Positions 50,410-63,347 of a DNA stretch of 64,000 bases are shown here, in pieces. The translations under genes and the position numbers were made by a program. Source of the DNA: Camelus dromedarius (Eukaryota); NCBI RefSeq assembly GCF_036321535.1, contig NC_087437.1, positions 67,210,001-67,274,000 on the forward strand, read 5' to 3'. Position 1 is the first letter of the stretch, and each line of letters starts with the position of its first letter. The notes beneath the pieces were generated by a model. That model was given only the letters and a program-made list of their open reading frames with translations. It was not told the origin of the DNA and ran no database searches.

Positions 50410-53400
50410 AAAATTGTGTATATTTATGTTGTATGTATCTTTTTTAAATTCTGAGCTATTTCGACCATAAAGTAAAGTAGCAAGACTGATACAATGAAAT
50501 CCGTGGACATACTACCTGCTTGTCTACTTTTAACATTTTGCATTAAAAAAAAAAAATTCTTCAGTTTTAGTATAATGTTTATTGCTTCCTGATCTTATGT
50601 CCTCTCTCTGTTCCTGAATTTTGCATTTATCATTTTTTGCATATTTATGAACCTATAAAAATACATAGTGTTATTCTGTGAGTTTTAAGCTTTAAGTAAA
50701 TAATGTACTATAATATCCTGTTGCAACTTGCCTTTGTTGCTCAGCATTACTTCTGAAATTTATCCTTATGCATGTGGTTGTCATTCACTCACTCCTGTTA
50801 CTGGTTGCATAGTATTCCATTCATCTTAATTTGGAATTTAAGTTGATGCTCCTGGTGATGTCCATTTACTACTTGTCATTTTTTTTAAACATTTTTTATT
50901 GATTTATAATCATTTTACAATGTTGTGTCAAATTCCAGTGTTCAGCACAAATTTTCAGTCATAAATGGACATATACACACTCGTTACATTTTTTTCTCTG
51001 TGAGCTACCATAACATTTTGTGTATATTTCCCTGTGCTATACAGTATAATCTTGTTTATCTATTCTACAATTTTGAAATCCCAGTCTATCCCTTCCCACC
51101 CTCCGCCCCCCTGGCAACCACAAGTCTGTATTCTCTGTCTATGAGTCTATTTCTGTCCTGTATTTACGCTTTGTTTTTGTTTGTTTGTTTGTTTTTGTTT
51201 TTGTTTTTTAGATTCCACATATGAGCGATCTCATATGGTATTTTTCTTTCTCTTTCTGGCTTACTTCACTTAGAATGACATTCTCCAGGAGCATCCATGT
51301 TGCTGCAAATGGCATTATGTTGTTGGTTTTTATGGCTGAGTAGTATTCCATTGTATAAACATACCACATCTTCTTTATCCAGTCACCTGTCGATGGACAT
51401 TTAGGCTGTTTCCATGTTTTGGCTATTGTAAATAGTGCTGCTATGAACATTGGGGTGCAGGTGTCATCCTGAAGTAGGGTTCCTTCTGGATACAAGCCCA
51501 GGAGTGGGATTCCTGGGTCATATGATAAGTCTATTCCTAGTCTTTTGAGGAATCTCCACACTGTTTTCCATAGTGGCTGCACCAAACTGCATTCCCACCA
51601 GCAGTGTAGCAGGGTTCCCCTTTCTCCACAGCCTCTCCAGCTACTTGTAGTCATTTTAATCAGTACACATTTGGGTTATAATAAGTATTTCCGAATATAA
51701 ATCCATGTATACTTTTGTAACAGTTTCCCTAAGACATTTACCTGGGAGTAGTTTTTGCAAGGTTGAAGGTATGTATTTTTTTTTTAAACTTTACTAGATT
51801 TTGCCAACTATCTTCCCAAAGTGATTGTATCAATTTCTATTTCTACCAACTATTTAAGAAAGTTGCCATTGCTTCATAACAGCTGGTAATCATTCAACTT
51901 TTAAGGTTTTTCCAATCTGATAGCTGTGAAATGTGACACCATTATTGTTGTAACTTTCATTTCCCTCAGTATTAATAAGGTTGAGCATCTCTCTATGTGT
52001 TAATGTGTTTTATAGTTTGGCTTTCTGTGAATTATCTGTTCCTATAAATAACTTGTTACTAGGTATTTTAAATTGTACTCTGTCAATCTGTCTTTAACTA
52101 GCATGCATAATATGATACATTTATCATGATTAATAAAATAATTGCCTTTATTTCTGCTGTCTTATTTTGTTCTTTTCTTGACTTTGCTTTTTCTATGCTT
52201 TTTCCCTTCCTTATGTCGTTATTTTATTCATTTTCCCTTTTCTACTGTTTGAAATGCATGCCTTCTGCTTTCATTTTTTAAAGGTCACACTTAACATTTT
52301 AACATGCATGTTTGGCTTAAGAAAGATTCTAGTCTTCTCCTAAACATTACAAGAATCTAAGAATCTATTTGTCCTCTCTCTTTTTACGTTTTATTGTTCA
52401 ATATTTAGGATTTGTCTGGTTTTATATTCACCAATTATCATTGTTATTATTGATTTTGCAATTAATGCTTATCTAGATTAACCACGTTTTTAGCAGTTTT
52501 ATTTGGTCATTATTCTTTCATATATGTCAGCCCTCCCTTTTGGATTGAGAAACCTTCCTAAAGTACATTCTTTACTGGTACTTAGAGCAAGTATCTCTTA
52601 GTGGAAAGCTCTTTGAGTTAGTGTGCCTGAAATGGTCTTTATTTCACTCTGACTTATGAATGGTGATCTAGATTGGTAAAGAATTCAAGGTTGACATTAT
52701 TTTCTTTGAATATTTCAAAGATATTATTCCTTTATCTTCTTGTTTCTATTGTTGCTGTTGAGAAATCTCTTATTGTCTAATTATCATCTGTATGTATACT
52801 GGGTTTTCTCTCTGGATGCTTTTAAAATTTTTTCTCCGGTGTTGTGGAGTTTCACAATGGGTATCTAGATGTGGACTTATTTTTACTTACTCTGCTCATA
52901 AATAATTGTGCATCCTGAATTAAGTCTTTCTTCAGTACATGGAAATCCTTGGCTGTTATCTTTTCAGCTAATACATTTCCCATTTCTCTCTATTTTCTTT
53001 TTCTGCAACTCCCATTAGATATATGTTGGGCCTTTTCCTTCTGTCATCTGTACCCTTCAGCGCTATCTTACATTTTTTATCTCTTCAGTTTTCTAACTTT
53101 AATTCTGGGTAATTCCCTTATAAATACTTTCAGGTCCATTATTCTTTCTTCCAATATATCTAATCTATTTAATCTATTCACTGAGTTTGTTTAATTTTTT
53201 ACTTTTTAAAATTTATTTTGTTTAGACATACAAAAGATACAGCAAATACTGTAATGAATGCTTGGGAACTCACCATCAAACTTCAGAAATAAAAATTTTA
53301 TGTCTTTTGTTTATTTCCTTTCATTTAAATCACTAAATTAAGATATTTCACTTTATTCTTTTTCAGGTTTTTCTATTATTCATTTATAATCTCTTGTTCC

Positions 53401-53950
53401 TTTTTTGTAATTTTCCATTCCATCTATATTAACCATCTAAAATATTTATTTTGCAGTTTCCCTGATAGTTCCATCATTTGAAGATCTTAGAGGAGTTTAA
53501 TCTGCTATATGTTTTATAGGCTGATTCTTGTTTGCTGAGGAGATTTTCTTTATTTGTTTTACAATTTTGGATTATAAGCTAATTCAGCAGTGCTTTTTCT
53601 ATTTGAATCCTGGGTGGCCTGGGCTGAGGACTTGTCCCTTTAGAAAGTTTGTTTTTTTCTTTCAGGTGCTCCAGGTGCACTAACAGGCTGGAAACTATTT
53701 TTTATGGTTCCTCTAGCTTGAGAGTGGTAAATTCACACTCAACACACTCAGAGACACATTCCTGGTTACAGGTTCTTAGGGTAAACTTTAATTTATTTCC
53801 CACCCACAACCAGGCCATGACAGAAAAAGTTTTCCTGTTATTTCCCTGTGCTAGTGGATAGGGTTTTTTAGTTCACCCTTTCACTGAATTTACAACGCAG
53901 TGAGGTCCCTGGTTTTATGGGAGGTGACTTAATTCCCACTCTGTGCCTTA
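50410..53950 (-). mobile_element. Ancient L1ME-type fragments hosting the young L1
   Basis: GCAACTTGCC..TCAGCATT, CCCAAAGTGATTGTATCAATT, GTTGAGCATCT, TTGCTGTTGAGAAATCT motifs. Confidence 0.6.
50882..51640 (-). mobile_element. Young 5'-truncated L1 with an uninterrupted ORF2 C-terminal frame
   Basis: ORF 51208-51654 reads WRGCGERGTLLHCWWEC..YDPGIPLLGLYP..MRSLICGI* with no stops. Imperfect TSD CTACTTGT(---/AGT)CATTTT at ~50869-50882 and 51641-51657. Confidence 0.95.
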
Positions 53951-54256
53951 CTTTATCTCTTGGCCCTGGCAGGGCATAAAATCCAAGGGACTTGGGTTAC
54001 AAATACCAGGAATCCTTTCCACCCCCCAGATTGTGCAGCTGCAGCTCATACACTCCTGTGGATTCAGATCCTTCTTTGTTTTTGGTCCTTGGAATTTTCT
54101 TTCAGTTTGTTATATGCTCAGCTCTTTTGTAGATGTTTATATATTATTTTAGCCCATATTTTTATGTGATTTTTGGTAAGGAGATTTATTCAGTTTTCTG
54201 GTTCCCCAAACAGAACTCCCACTTAGATTCTTTAAGGTACTCTTTTTTATTTTTAA

Positions 54257-54394
54257 TTTTTCCTTTTTTTTAATTTGCAGGTTGGATAACTAGGTTTGTT
54301 TATTTATTTGGTTTTTCAGTGGAGGTACTGGGGATTGAACCCACGACCTTGTGTATGCTAAGCATATGCTCTACCACTTGAGCTATACCCTCCC
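54257..54394 (-). mobile_element. vic-1-like SINE, full length
   Basis: GGAGGTACTGGGGATTGAACCCACGACCTTGTGTATGCTAAGCATATGCTCTACCACTTGAGCTATACCCTCCC. ~16-bp T-rich TSD CTCTTTTTT..ATTTT..A at ~54240-54256 and ~54395-54411. Confidence 0.92.
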
Positions 54395-54825
54395 CTCTTT
54401 TTTATTTTTAAAAACTCAATAATAGTACATACTTTGCAGCTTATTTTAGGTATTGGATATAATATATGCAAAATATGTCTGGCGTCTTGCACAGAGTAGA
54501 TATTTGACTAAACAGTTGTTACTATTTTTATTATTCATTAACATATGAATAAAACATGAAAAAATAAACCATGGAAAAATGTTTAGGGTTATTTATTATC
54601 ATTAAGAAAGCACCTCTGGGTATATTCCATGGCAAGGTAACTTGGATGGGGGCCCAACTATTGATTAGATTTTATAAAAGTTTATTGAAGGCCTACTCTG
54701 GGGTTAGGACTCTGCTATATTCTGTTGCTTTCTCAGTTTTCGGTATAAGGCATTGCCACCTTTTAACTACATTCTACTTTTCTTGAAAAAAATTCTTAAA
54801 GCTTACATTGAATCATAACGCCACT

Positions 54826-54866
54826 ATTAAGGACACCACCAAGATTAAGGACACCACCAAGATTAA
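54826..54866. repeat. Perfect 18-bp tandem duplication (ATTAAGGACACCACCAAG)x2 + ATTAA
   Basis: Read directly from the sequence. Confidence 0.95.
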
Positions 54867-55329
54867 CTTTATCTTTTCATTCTTTTATCATTTAGCCATC
54901 TGACCACTGCTATGTCATCCCTACCACCTTTGTACTGCCTTTGCCAATTCAATAAAAAAAAAATTGACTATTTATAATGTGTGCTATGTACTGTTTGTAA
55001 AATAGAAAAAAATAATATGTGCTATTTCCATATTCAGGGCATTGTGAAGACTACATATGTTGTATAAAAACATGTTTCCATCCTAAGATATCTTAGAGAC
55101 TACTTGGACAGATAAAGTATCCAAAATTACCAACAAGAACAATAACAAAAAAGTCTTAAGTACCAGGCATCCCGATGCCAGGGGTAAAGAGCTCCATACC
55201 AGGTGATAGAATATTTAGGTTGGAGTCCTGACTGTGTGACCTTTTCTGTCCTAGTCTTCTATCTGGAAAGATCATCCTCTGTCTTGAGGAGTATTTTGGA
55301 GAGGGACATCCCCAAGGCATCGGGTAATG

Positions 55330-55800
55330 TATTAGTGAGGGCAAATGGGAGAAAACCCAATTCAAACTAGCTTAAGAGAAAAAAGGAATGGGTTGTTTTA
55401 CTTAACTGAAAAGACAGGGGTTGCCTTCCATGTGTGGTTTGATCCAGGGGCTCATAAAATGCCTTCTAGAGCTGGTGTTCTCCACCCCTCAGCCCTCTTC
55501 TCCTTCAGAGCTGGTTCTAAGTCAGGTTCCATATGATAGCTATCAGTGGAAAAGAGATGGCCTCTTTCTTTCAGCAGACAAAACCAAGTATAATTGCATC
55601 TTTAGTCCTGAGTGGGTTATTCCCCCATCACAAGGGCCTGTGATATTCAGTAGGACAGACCTGAGTCAGAACACTCAGGATGGAGTCAACTCTACTTGGA
55701 GCCCATGGATTGAGAGAAAAAGAGGGACTAGTTCCCCAGATGAATTGCTGTATTTGATTATTTAAAAAGAGGTGGATGGATTCTGGCAGCTAAAGCAGCA
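55330..55800 (-). mobile_element. MLT1K-like MaLR LTR
   Basis: AAACCCAATTCAAACTAGCTTAAG, TAACTGAAAAG, TGATCCAGGGGCTCA. Confidence 0.65.
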
Positions 55801-57519
55801 GAGAGAAGGGAGGGAGTTCATATATGGACAGATGTAGCCAGAAAGATCTGTCACATCTTGGGTAAAAGTTTCAGTCTTTGTGAGACTTAGTGTTCCCATC
55901 TAATGGTTCCTACCAGTAGGACTGCTTGAAGAACCAGGAGACCTAATGAATGGGAAAGTGCTTTGTAAATCAGAAAGTCTAATAAAAAACGTAAGATGTC
56001 TGTATGTTACGTGGATCGGAACAGAGGGGGAAATGAGAGGATATGAGTGGACTTTGGACATGTTAAGTAAATGTTTTTAAATGAGTTCCCTGGGAATCAC
56101 TAAAAACTCACTGTGTAAAGGTCAGTGCTATGTTTGACACAGGGCTGCTTTTCCTAAATTTTGACTTATTCGCCTTTCTAGAATCTTTGTGCGTGCTCTA
56201 TCTTCTCTCTCTCCCCTGCCTGGATTTTTTTTCCTCTTGAATATAGACTCTAAGCAAATACTAGAAATTTCGATAATCTTTAGCAATTGCCTTGGTTTCT
56301 CAAAACACCTTGGAATAGATGAAGGACAGGAAGGGAATGGAAAGGGATCCACAGGCTCTACGTTTCCAGATTCCTTATTCTCTGGTACTTCTTGTTGAAG
56401 ATGGAACTGCTGATGTGTCCTGTGTTTTACAAAAGGGCTACCACTCCTTCGTCTGCCTTGCTTTCCCAGCACCGTCTCTCCTTTATATTCTCTGGGTCAT
56501 AAGGTATTGTTAGGTGGCTGAAACTGAATTATCTGATGGCAATCCCTAATGGGCAGGAAATCACATTATTCCTTTGAACAGGTTTCACAGGAAACCAGCT
56601 GTGAGCCAATACTTCAAACCCTGAACTCAGATAAATTGGATATATTTTCTTTTTTGTCTTCAAACCTAAGACAAAATTTGGGATGATTCCATCAAACTGA
56701 TATCTATTATCTTTAGGCAGTTTGTATTTTGTGTGACTATCCGGCTCTGCCTGTGATGGTTATGATTCTTTTTTGAATAACCTCCAGTGATGCCTCTTTC
56801 TTGGTGCATCTTGTGTCTTCTGCTCATTGCAACCATCCCTCCTTTCTGATCCACATGGTCACTTTATTGCCAGTGAGAAGGGAAAGAATTACATCTTTTC
56901 TGCTCAAGAGTTAAGAGAAGGTAAAACAGATCATTGTGGGTTGGCTCTAAGTAGTGAATTGGTTTGAACTGCAGGATGAGTTCGCAGGCTAATTTTGGGT
57001 TTCTGGCATGGAAAACAAACAAAATCATTGAATTCTTCACAATGAAAACAACATAGGGGTTTTTCAAAATTGCGAACTTTATTTTTATCTTGTTTTTCAT
57101 AGGGCTACATGTGGTCATACTGGTGATACAAAATATTGCTAGCATCCACAAACTCACAAACCATGAATACTCATTGTCTCCATGAAAACTGAGCATGGCC
57201 TCTCACTCATGGCTCAACGTTTGCAATGCTGATCTATGGATCTTAACAGTGAGGTCAAAATCAAAATGCAGTCAGAGTCATTTCCCAACTGAGGCAGTGG
57301 TTTGAATCACAAGATCCGACAAACTGAAGCAATAATTACTTTTGCAGATGTTTTCTCCTAAACCCTCTACTTGCCTAGTACATAGGAGGCCAGTTTGTTT
57401 GCTGATGCTCACCTTTTCCTCCTGGAATTCTGAAAGCCTTTTGTTGGGCTTGTGGGCCTTTAAGAAGAAGGAGGAACTTAGGGGCTCTATGGCCATCCGC
57501 CACCTAGACCGTAGACCGG

Positions 57520-57715
57520 GAAGTTATCCTGAGCTCAGATCCTAGCTCTGCTACTTACTCACTGGAGAACATTGGACTAGTCACTTAACCCGTCTCTTAC
57601 AAGATGAGGGTAAGAACAGTACCTGTGTTACAGAGCTGTCAGGGTTAAGTAAGTGCATGTATATAAAACGCTTAGAAGCTAGCGTATAGAAAGAGCCCAG
57701 ATGTTATTTTAGTAT
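57520..57715 (+). mobile_element. MIR SINE
   Basis: ATCCTAGCTCTGCTACTTACT..GTCACTTAACC..AAAACGCTTAGAA. Confidence 0.75.
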
Positions 57716-57924
57716 TAATTGACATTACTTATGATCATTATTATTCGTTCAGGAGCAGAAGATACCATGTGACTCCAAACAGGGTAGAAATTTTACCTTC
57801 CCAGTGCTCAGTCAAGTCTGTTCTCTTCTCCTTGACTTCTTGGTTGAACCTCTTTGACCTGGCATGCTTTGGTTAAGCACATGTACTATGAATACACACG
57901 CACATGCATGTGCATGCTAGTTTT

Positions 57925-58311
57925 TTAAAAAAAATTTTATTGAAGTGTAGTTGATTTACAATGTTAGTTTCAGGTGTACAGCAAAATGATTCAGTTATAC
58001 ATATACATACATATATATGTTTTTTCTTTTCAGATTCTTTTCCTTATGTGTTATTACAAGAAATTGAATATAGTTCCCTGTGCTATACAGTAAGTCCTTG
58101 TTGTTTATCTATTTTATATATAGTAACCTGTATCTGTTAATCCCCAACCCCTAATTTATCCCTCCTCACCCTTTCCCTTTGGTAACCATAGTTTGTTTTC
58201 TATGTCTGTGAGTCTATTTTTGTTTTATAAATAGAATTTTTTTTTATGATTCTGCATATAAGTGATATTGTATGATAGTTGTCTTTGTCTAACTTACTTC
58301 ACTTAATATGA
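57925..58311 (-). mobile_element. 5'-truncated L1 (3' UTR)
   Basis: TATTGAAGTGTAGTTGATTTACAATGTT..AATATAGTTCCCTGTGCTATACAG. Degenerate TSD C(A/G)TG(C/A)TAGTTTT at 57913-57924 and 58312-58323. Confidence 0.9.
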
Positions 58312-58329
58312 CGTGATAGTTTTGACGGA

Positions 58330-58700
58330 AATTTTGATTGCAAGAAGCAGAAACTCATTCAAGCTAGCTTAAGAAAAGACATTTTTTTGGAGCTTGCTCA
58401 TAGTAGGCATTCAAGTATAGGCAGCAGAGGCCACAAAAATAATGAATCTAGAATGTTATAGCATCATATGGAGGCTGCCCACTTTGTCTCATCTAACTGG
58501 ATTCTTTCTGTCCCCTGTCTTATGGTCTCAGTACTCTATATATAGACATATTAAAAACCTGTGTCTGGGCTCACTCTGGCGGGTCCCTCTTGACTCTGAC
58601 GTCCAGTGGTTTAGTAGCAGTGTTTAAGGAAAAGGCAAGTAGGCTGTAGAAGTTTAAGCTGCGGAAAGTTCTCTTAGGTGAGTTTCCAGATGAGGAGGTT
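58330..58700 (-). mobile_element. Old MaLR LTR fragment (MLT1K/L-like)
   Basis: GATTGCAAGAAGCAGAAACTCATTCAAGCTAGCTTAAG. Confidence 0.5.
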
Positions 58701-61700
58701 ATTACTGGCAGCATTACTGTAATTGGCAATCAGCCAAACTTCACTGTAAGGAACCTACTTTATAGTATTGAAAGAGCACGTAGATACAAAATACCTAGAA
58801 CACAGCACGTGATAAGAGCCCAGGGCCATTCATTTCCTTTGTGTTTTGGGCAAATTACTTCCTTCCTCCAGTTTTCAGTTACATTACCTGCAAATGAAGG
58901 TCTTAGACTAGGTCCTTTCTGGTTCTGCCATAGAACATGGTCCCACCTGAAGATCAGTGATGGATTAAGTGACCAGGGTTTTCTGTGTCTTCCTCATCTT
59001 CTTCAGCTTCCTGGAGTAGATTCCGTTGCTGGGCTGCTCATTAAATTTCTTCCTTTTACTGGTGTGAATAATTAATTGCCACTATCATTTAGACTCCTAG
59101 CAACAAAGTTCTGTCCCACGTCTCCTGTGGTGCAGCATGTACTTCCTGGGCAAATGAAGAAATAACAGTGTGTGAGAAATCTGTTAGCAATTAGCATGGC
59201 CAACTGGACTTTCTCAGGAGGATACACGGCGTCCCCCTCCAAGAACAAGGACTCCGCTTCTCCACACCAAAGAGAACCATCTGATGTGCTCAATATTTAA
59301 TAAAAGAACTGAAGCTCTAATGAGGTGGAGACATTATACATGGACAGTTGTCTCCTGAGGGATTAGTAGGGCAAGCCTCCTCCTGAGATCACATCAACCG
59401 TGCCGTTATGATTTAACCAAAGGCCTTGCCTCCTCCAGCAGGGGACCGTTCACAGCTCATTTTTCACCTGTCTGGCAAAGCCTAAGATCTGCTCACTCCT
59501 CTGGTCTCAGCTCTGGAATCTGGGCATGAAAGATGCAGCAGATTCTAGCAGATGCACCGTTAGCCTTTCCCTGTGGTTGTTAACCTCTATGTGTGAACCT
59601 GTAATCCTCTCTCAGTGGGGAGTCCTCCCTGCATGGTGGAAAATTCCATGTAGGTCAGCCAGCACAGGACATTAGGTTAAAAAAAAAAACAAAACTTCAG
59701 AATTCTAGATGTGTTCTGGAGATGGGAATGGAGATGGGCCATGGATAACTGGTGAGGTTTCAGAAACTAAAATTTGAATGGCTGTGACCATTCAGATGAT
59801 GTGGATCAGGTTGACTGCACCTTGGTCCCTTGATCTCTCTTCCTGTTTGGAATGCTGGCATCTTCAGGATCCTGTTACCTGCCACTTTCTATCTGTCTGC
59901 AAGTCTGTCAGGGGCAGACAAACATGTTGACTCTGAAGCACTCATCCTTAGGGGATGGCTGGGAAGAGATCATGTGACCCTTCCAATTCTTTCTCTTTAT
60001 CTCGTTCCGTGTTCTTCCTCTACTCTCCTGCCCTGTCCAGTTCTCTCTACCACCTTCATTTTCTTTTTCTCTGCTTTTTACCTTTGACCCTACCATCAAA
60101 GTCTCAGCACATTTCCTTGTTGCGGTACTGATCGCCAATACTGGAAACCATGAATTATTTTATTGAGGGTTAAATTAAAGAGTCAATTCTCGTGACATCA
60201 GGAATGGTGGGTGTGAAGAAAAGAATATTATTATTTTCTCAGCAAGTTTGAGGATCACTTTTCTATGACTGACAGCAGCTGTCTAGGTTTTGATGATTTT
60301 ATATGAAATACTTCCTACCAGTAATAGGAGTAGTAACGAGGAATACATCTGTGTGTGCAGTGGTGGGGGAGGGATTGTGGAGAGGAGGGTAGTGGGGAGT
60401 AAAGTTTGCTTAGAAGCCTAGGAATTACTTAATATAATAAACCTCTGTTACTGAAAGTTTGGGATTGAAAAGGGAATAATAAAGTAGTAATCAATATGTG
60501 CTAAAATGAATTCGATGCAAATGAGATGCAGAGAGTGCCCTGGATGTGTTGGAAGAGGATGTCAGATAATTGGAAAGCATACATTCTGGCCTACGCATGG
60601 CCAGTGCCAATCTCTTCAAGAATTCTCTGGAGCCTCTTACTGCAAAACCATTTTAAGCTGAACAGGGACTTTTTTTTTCCTTCCTGTCAGTTAGAGAGTT
60701 GTGAAATTTTATCTATTTTGGTGTTTGTTCTATTCAGAAATGGACAAGTTCTGGAGAGGAATCAGGAACAAGTGTTGGCAGGCGCTCCATACTCATCCCG
60801 AGTTCAGCCAAGTCACCTTCACCCAGCAAGTGCCTGGCACAAGAGGAGACTTGGTGGTTTATGTCATAGGAGAAGGGATGCGTGTCTGGCAAAGACCAAA
60901 CTCAGGGTGTCCATTCACCTGGACCCCTGACCTTTGCTCTGTGGGTGAGGGTCTTCGTGGTGCTACTGCTTTGGCCCTGAGGACAAGGAGCAGCTAATCA
61001 GACTGGCCAGGTTTCTAAGCTGCCTTTAGCAGTCGGCGGGGCCCCTGTCAGGCACCCATGCCCTGTGTCCTCTCTTCCATGACCTCCTGCCACGAAACTA
61101 GTTGCTAAACTTAGTCTTACCCTGGGCATTTCCATCTTTCTCTGTCTCTGCACGCATGCCATAGAGACAGGATCATCCATGTATCCAGGGGTAAGATAAT
61201 AAGTGCTTAATTTTTAGATATAGGGCTTGAGGTCCAGCCCTGATTTTTCCAGAAAAATTGGTCTTGCATTGCGTCACCAGGTGCTTCCCATCTGTCTGTT
61301 CTTCCTTAGGCTCCTTTGAACCTTCCCAGGGGCTTGTGGGGACAGGTGCCCGGTGAAGTCGGGTTGAACAGAGCCCTCTTAGTCTTCCTTTAGGCCTGGG
61401 AAAATCACAATCCTCTTATCACCAAAGGGCAGAAATGTTGCCATATTTTCTCTCTCCAAAAGGATTAAGTTATTCTAATCTGAAATCAGAGAAATTGAAG
61501 TATGATTGGGTTTTAGATAGGATAGTTTGCTGTGCTAATATTTATCCTGGCAGAGATAACAAGCCAGGAGGGCGAAGCTATGGGAACAGATTTGTGAGGG
61601 GAACAAAAAAAGGGGATTTAAGACTCAGAGGAAGGCTTGTGGTGCTTATGGGGATGATTGGAGACCAAGAGGAGGGAGGGCCTGATTTTGGGAGATTTTA

Positions 61701-62082
61701 TGGGCAGAGTCCAGGGCAGCTGTCGAGTCATGATCTGTTTGGATAGATAAATGGAAGGTGAGTTTTCCTTCAGAAGAGAGAATGTTCTTTTCTGGATCAA
61801 AGGACTTGGGTCCTAAAGCAGAGGCTAGAAGACAGAAGAAATAAGGAAGAAAACTGGAGAAGGAGATCTCTTTGGGTGTCTGAATCATTCATATACCAAG
61901 ATCTCCCACTGAAAGTAATGTATCTTGGGTGTGTGATCTTCAGGGTGTGCTTTGTTAATGTGCAGATGGTGGGGAGGGTATTATCTGGAGGAGTGGTTCA
62001 GCTGCTAGGATGAAGGGTGGTGAGCCCAGGAGCATGGTGCTTGGGAGAGAAGACCTTATGCCCTTAAAGAAGATGTGGAGAT

Positions 62083-62604
62083 AGATATATCACTTATATG
62101 TGGAATCTGAAAAAAAGGACACAAATGAACTTATCTACAAAACAGAAATAGACTCACGGACATAAAGAACAAACTTATGGTTACCAGCAGGTAAAGGAGG
62201 TGGGAAGGGATAAATTGGGAATTCAAAATTTGCACCTCTCAGAGAATGATAGAAATGTTAGCTATCTTGATTGTTGTGGTGCTTTCATTGGTGTTACGTC
62301 TATCAAAATTCATCAAATTGTACATCTGAAATTAGTGTAGTTTACTGTACAGGAATTATACCACAATGAAGGTGTTAAGACAGACTGGGATTTCAAAATG
62401 CAGAATAGATAAACAAGATTATACTGTACAGCACAGGGAAATATATACAAGATCTTGTCGTAGCTCACAGCGAAAAAAAAATGTGACAATGAATATATGT
62501 ACGTTCATGTATAACTGAAAAATTGTGCTCTACACTGGAATTTGACACAACATTGTAAAATGACTATAACTCAATAAAAAAATGTTAAAAAGAAAAAAAG
62601 AAAA
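62083..62604 (+). mobile_element. Composite L1: intermediate-age 3' UTR, ancient L1M 3' end, youngest-type 3' UTR with polyA
   Basis: Segment A 62083-62234 resembles the 19.7-kb and 25.8-kb copies. Segment B 62235-62377 is L1MC/ME-like (TATCTTGATTGT..TCAAAATTCATCAAATTGTACA). Segment C 62378-62604 resembles the 50.9-kb copy. Confidence 0.8.
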
Positions 62605-62859
62605 GAACTCAGAATGCAGCCACTTAGTGGTGTAAAGGGTCTTAAATGGTGTCTGAGATCATAGTTTGGCTGTGCTGGTAGTTACCACCATAAACTGAGA
62701 AAATGTTCATCCCCTTTCTCGGCACTTGTTCCTTATCTGCAGATGAGGAGCTGGTCACGTGATTGCTAAACTGTTTTCAGCTCTCACTTCCTGTGTTCCT
62801 GGAAACTGTTTCTGAGCTGTACTTTGTCACAGGGATCATGCGTCTTCACTGAGCACCCA

Positions 62860-63347
62860 CAGGATATCTGTTTCTGTTGTCAACTCAGGAGCCTCCCTGC
62901 CCCATTGAAACAGCAACAACAAGCCCGTCCCCCCTCCCAACTGTGATCCCATGTTTCTGATTCTTTGGAACTACATTTCTCAGATTCCCTTCTCAGCAGG
63001 TTCTGTGCTGAATTTGGCTAATGAGAGGTACTTGTATAAGATTTGAAGCCAGAGGGAAAGAAAAGTCATGAATTACTAAGGCAGGTGTGGGTCTCAGCAG
63101 ATAGTAGACACTGGGCCATGTCAGTGGTTTCTAGGAATTCTGAGAATCACCTTCTTTGGTGTTGTAAGCAGTGGAGATCATTAGCGGTGACTTCACTTCA
63201 CTGTGATTCTTGCCCGTCTAGGTTTTCTGAAAGCCAGCACTGGCCTCCTTGAACTTTGAGTCATTCCCAACCCTTACAACAGTTGTGTAAACCTCTAATT
63301 CTCTATATTAAATCTCTTTCTGGTTGAGTAGTTCCTGATTTCGTGAC
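62860..63347 (+). mobile_element. LTR33/LTR16-like ERVL LTR
   Basis: AACTACATTTCTCAGATTCCCTT, GGCTAATGAGAGGTACT, CTAATTCTCTATATTAAATC. Confidence 0.6.

Noticed and set aside
51208..51654. 148-aa ORF as a cellular CDS
   Set aside because: It is the C-terminus of L1 ORF2 in a 5'-truncated copy; its start codon comes from the flank.
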